Assembly: GCA_043228905.1 (NCBI GenBank)
Contig: JBHGNT010000001.1
Span: 22,010,001 to 22,074,000 of the forward strand
DNA: 64,000 bases
Source of the DNA: Azolla caroliniana
Lineage: Eukaryota; Plantae; Polypodiophyta
Direction: 5' to 3'
The notes beneath the pieces are model-generated. The model saw only the letters and a program-made list of their open reading frames with translations. It did no database searches and was not told the DNA's origin. Within the stretch, counting starts at the first letter, position 1, and the number at the start of each line of letters is the position of its first letter. The translations under genes and the position numbers were made by a program. Below, piece by piece: positions 59,601 through 64,000 of this stretch.

Positions 59601-62451
59601 GCATCTTCATCTTCCCCTTCTCTACGCACGTAAACTGTCTCATCGGTTTTGACTGTGGGGACTGCACGGTCGAGTCTCCACGACTCGCACGTGCACATAT
59701 GCAATGCTACCAAATACCCGCATGTATAGCTCATGTGGCGACAATCCTCCATTTGCAAAAGTCTGATTCTACAGGTATACATCTGTCTTGATGGCTTCGG
59801 CCCAATAGAACTTTGGCATATGCTTGCCCTCAAGCATTGCCCTGGTCGCTTCCTCTATCACCTGATTCTTCCTCTCGGCCACGATGTTTTGTTGCGCCAT
59901 GTATCTATAGCACAATTCATGTCGAATTCCTTCCGTTTGCAGATAGCTAGAGAACTGGTTAGAAAAGTACTCTTTTCTGCCATCAGACCTTAGGCACTTG
60001 ATCTTCCGACCAGTTTCCCGTTCGGCAAGGCTTTTCACTTTCAAGAAGCAAGAGAAGTCTTTAGTTTTCTTCTCGATCAAGCACGCCCAAGTGTGCCGAG
60101 TGTAGTGATTGATCAAGGTTACAAAGTAACGACTTCCATCGATACTCACATTTTGCACTAGTCCCCATACATCCTAATTGATGAAATCAAGCTTGTTTTG
60201 GCTCCAATTTCTTTCATTTGGAAACAAAAGTTGGTAATGCTTCCCTAACTGCCAGGCTTTGCAAGCTAGGTGATTTCAGCCACAAAATTTCAGTAAGCCG
60301 AAAATGATGTTTTCTGTCTGCATCTCCCGAATCCGTAGGAAGTTGACATGGCCGAACTACTTGTGCCATAGGTCAATGTCCAACTCGACCTTTTGCCCTT
60401 ACGCTAACATCCCGGTCCACAGTTCATTGGTTGTGAGGATGAACATCCTCCAATCTCTGCGCCCTTGCGCGATGATCTTGCCTTCTTCCTCTATGAAGCA
60501 CCCAAGGTGAGTAAATCGAACCTACATGCCCTGGTCGACAATTGGTCCATCCAACACCAAGTTCTTGGTGATTGTCGGCACATGCAAGACATTTCTCATT
60601 ATTCCTCTCTGACCGACATGAATCAGAGGGACATCTCCAATGTGTTTGATGGGATGAGAGGTGTCATCGCTAGTTTCAACGACCCCCCCACTGCTCTGGC
60701 TTTTCTAGAGTCGAGACCCAGTCCTTGTGATTTGTCATGTAGTTCAATGCACCTGAATCCACATACCACACCTCGTTTTACCTTGAGGTGTTAACCGCCA
60801 TCAAGTTGGCTTTGTGCTTCATGACGAAGGTTGGGCCCGTTTGGACTTGCCCCGAGCCTTTAGCATAATGCGATCTCTAACACCTATCTGCATCTCCTTA
60901 GCTCGATTCGGCTTTGTCTGAATCGTCTCCCTTTCTCCAACACTCGCTCTCTCTATGGCCCTCCGGCCACAATACCAACAGTCCATCGCGGCCTTTCCTT
61001 CCCGACCTCCGGCACCGCCGTGACTCCCCTTACTCGTGAAGGGTCTAGAACTATTGTTAGCATTTCGATTATGCCTTGAGTTCTGCTCTTGTCAGTCGCC
61101 TCCATTGCATGCCAACCATCCTCATCCACCACGACCACGGGGCATCTCTACCTCCGTGTACAACATCTTGTTTTCAATGCGTACTCGTTGACGCACCCGA
61201 GTGGTTTTCTTCTACGAGCAACATCGATTGTAGCTCAAGAAACGAAGGCGTATTCTCCCTCGTGTAGACTACAGTTCATTTCATCCTCCGAGGCACCCCT
61301 GCACCATTTCATCCTCCTCGACGTTCACGTTGATAGAGGCGAGGAAGTCGCAGACCTCCTTGATCTTAGAGGTGTAGTCAGCCATCGACATATCCCTCTG
61401 TCGAACATTTCTCAACTCTTGTCTAAGTTGAAGCTTTCTGGATGTGGTGCTCGCGGTGAAAATCTATTTCAGATTTCCCCAAGCATCCTTTGGCTTTTTG
61501 GCAAGGTAGTCGTAGACCTCCTTGATCTTAGAGGTGTAGTCAGCCACTGACATCTCCCTCTATCGGGCATTGCTAAACTCTAGTCTAAGTTTAAGCTTTC
61601 TGGATGTGGTGCTCGCAGTGAAAATCTTCTTCAAATTGCCCCAAGCATCCTCTGGCGTTTTGGCATCCTGCATGTAGCTCCATAATTGGTTGCTCACAGA
61701 AGATGTGAAGCAGTACAAAACTCTACTCCTTGCCTATTCCGAGGCCGGCAAATCTCTATGTGTCGACTGAGGTGCTGCATCATTAGCTCCTTCGACATAA
61801 CACCAATATCCATGACCAAGTAAGTACCGGTGCATCTCATACGACCAAGATGCATAATTGCTCCTATCGAGCTTCCTATCTTTTCTTTTCCAAAAATGAG
61901 AAACCTCATCTTTGTCTTGTTTTCTTGTTTTTCTATCGGCTACAGAGGATTCTCAACCCTCGCGCTCTAGTACCATGTGAAACAATTCGTGTGTAGAAGT
62001 TTGTGCGATGGACACCGAGTACACAGTTGATTGTTCGAAACCCGACAATTAGGTAAACACAAATAATAGATACACATTGAGAGAGAGACAAAGAGAGAAA
62101 ACAACAACACGTCAATTTGAAATAATGAACACTCTGTACATACAACGTGCTCAATGAGCACTTTTTATACAAGCCCTGACAATTGGGTTGACACAAGTAC
62201 CATTAGTACCTGAATTCTCATAAATGAGCCTGACTCTAATTTTTCCTATAATATTCCTATTTTCTATAATAGGTATATAAGCCCCTAATGGCCTTTTTGG
62301 ATTTCGTTCGACTTGGCACACCCAAATCGAACTCTATTCAATTCGGCTCTCGGCTACTTCAGCCGATTTGGGCCTAGTCGATCGGTCTCCAATAGATTTG
62401 GCGCTTGACTTCTTCAGCCGATTCTACCCATATTGAGCTTGCCTCTCAATA
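56652..62451 (-). mobile_element. Copia family B copy B3, old, inserted in the gag of another B copy
   Basis: TSD TGCAT/TGTAT; LTRs 56652-57069 and 61976-62451; PBS 61964-61975; PPT 57269-57277; decayed gag-pol. Confidence 0.8.
58543..58790. mobile_element. LTR-like fragment beginning TGTCGTG inside B3 RT
   Basis: Abrupt break in the RT frame; (GA)n and (GATA)n tracts. Confidence 0.45.
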
Positions 62452-63165
62452 TGTATCTTGTATGAACAAGATGTGTAGTTTCTCCTATCAGCTTTTCCAT
62501 CGGAAGTGAGCTACACATTCCTCAATCCATCTTCGTGTTTGTCTTGTCTAGAGTGTTAACCTACCGATAACGAACTGTTGTAGCCAACAGACACAATAGG
62601 TCGAACATTCAACTTTGAACATTCAGTCAAGAAGATTGTGGTGGAGAGATGGATAAGTCGGCACTAATCTACACTCAGTGAATAGGTGTAAAGAGATTAG
62701 TTATTACGATTAATTATTACAATTAGACATTTGATCTTGATCGACTCATGATAGACACACCCAAACGTAATAAAATAGTATTCCTCAATCCATCTTCCTG
62801 TCTGTCCTGTCCGAAGTGTTAACCTACCGGTACCCAATTCGGCAAGAACCTACAAAACCGTCTATTTCCTAATATTACTTTAAATTTTATGCTTTCATAT
62901 TTATGTGTTTTCCGAATACTGGTCATACTTTTCAACTCTGACTCGGACACTAACTCCTTTCCACATTAGTCTGACTCTGGGTATCCAATCGGCCAACATG
63001 GAGATTCAAAAGCTTGTCTATGTTGAAGTGCTTGTTGGCTGTAGGGAATCTTCAACCCTCACGTTCTGATACCATGTAGAAGAATAGTATACGTAGAAGC
63101 TCGTACACAAGACATGGTCGGCTTGGTTGCACAATAGTAGACAATTAGGTATACACAGAGAATGT
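62452..63165 (-). mobile_element. 5' end of the host B copy (gag start, leader, PBS 63063-63074, truncated LTR)
   Basis: PMEKL..NY.S..YK gag start; TGGTATCAGAAC PBS. Confidence 0.7.
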
Positions 63166-64000
63166 AGCTAGAGAACTAGACGGAAAAGTACTCTTTTCAG
63201 CCATAAGACCTTAGGCACTTGATTTTCCAACCGTTCTCCCATTCGGCAAGGCTTTTCACCTTGAAGAAGCAAGAGAAGACTTTTCTTTTCTTCTCGATCA
63301 AGCACGCCCAAGTGTGTTGAGTGTAGTCATCGATCAAGGTTACAAAATAACAACTTCCACCGATACTCACGTTTTGCATTGGTCCTCATACATCCGAATG
63401 GATTAAATCAAGCTTGTTTCGGTTCCGATTTCTTTCATTTGGGAATAGAACTCAGTGATGCTTCCCTAACTACCATGCTTTGCAGGCTTAGCCATTTCAG
63501 CCACTAAATTTTGGTAGCCAAAAATGATGTTTTTTTGTCTACAACTCCCGAAGGCCGAACAACTTGTGCCATAGGTCAATGTCCAACTCGACCTTTTTCC
63601 ATTATGAAAACATCGTTGTCACAGCTTCATTGGTAGTGAGGATAAACATCCTCCCATCTCTGCACCCTTGCGCGATGTTCTTGCCTTCTTCCTCTATGAA
63701 GCACCTAAGGTGAGTAAATCGAACTTGCATGCCCTGGTCGACAATTTGTCCGCCCAACACAAGGTTCTATGTGATTGCCGGCACATGCAAGACATTTCTC
63801 ATTATTTCTCTTTGACGGACATGGCTGAGACGAACATCTCCTATTTGTTCGATGCAATGAGGGGGTTCATTACTAGTTTCAACGAACCCTCGCTTCTCTG
63901 GCTTTTCCATAGTCGAGAACCACTCCTTGTGATTCTTCATGGGGTTCGATGCGCCTGAATCCACATACCATACCTCGTTCAACCTTGAGGTGTTCACCAC
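63166..64000 (-). pseudogene. Copia B protease/integrase fragment, paralogous to ~59945-60795
   Basis: WYVDSGASN, NVLHVPAIT, KIKCLRS. Confidence 0.85.

Overview
Gene-free plant genomic DNA built almost entirely from nested, mostly decayed retrotransposons. The Tcn1-like chromoviruses and the lineage mix suggest a non-seed land plant (fern, lycophyte or bryophyte); this is inference. Contents: two Tcn1-like Ty3/gypsy chromoviruses, three non-chromovirus gypsy elements (C, D, E), two Tnt1/Tto1-like (Tork/TAR) copias (one young and nearly intact), an old copia (A), several copies of a second copia family (B), solo LTRs and a full-length L1-clade LINE. No host gene, rRNA, functional tRNA or CRISPR is supported. 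Most unusual signals: (1) gypsy C (27524-43270, minus) has a complete aspartic protease downstream of integrase, a hairpin tandem array, a splice acceptor and a ~1,390-codon accessory reading frame ending in ~600 aa of unrecognised protein; (2) three different LTR families carry antisense Pol III A/B boxes with tRNA spacing at the U3 end, combined in the chromoviruses with perfect heat-shock elements and a self-priming PBS; (3) copia B reads through the normal end of RNase H into a ~205-aa extension with a conserved (T/S)W(S/A)DV(V/I) motif, and has two PPTs and a conserved hairpin enclosing the used PPT. Lineage names come from motif recognition, not database searches. LTR divergences were counted by eye.
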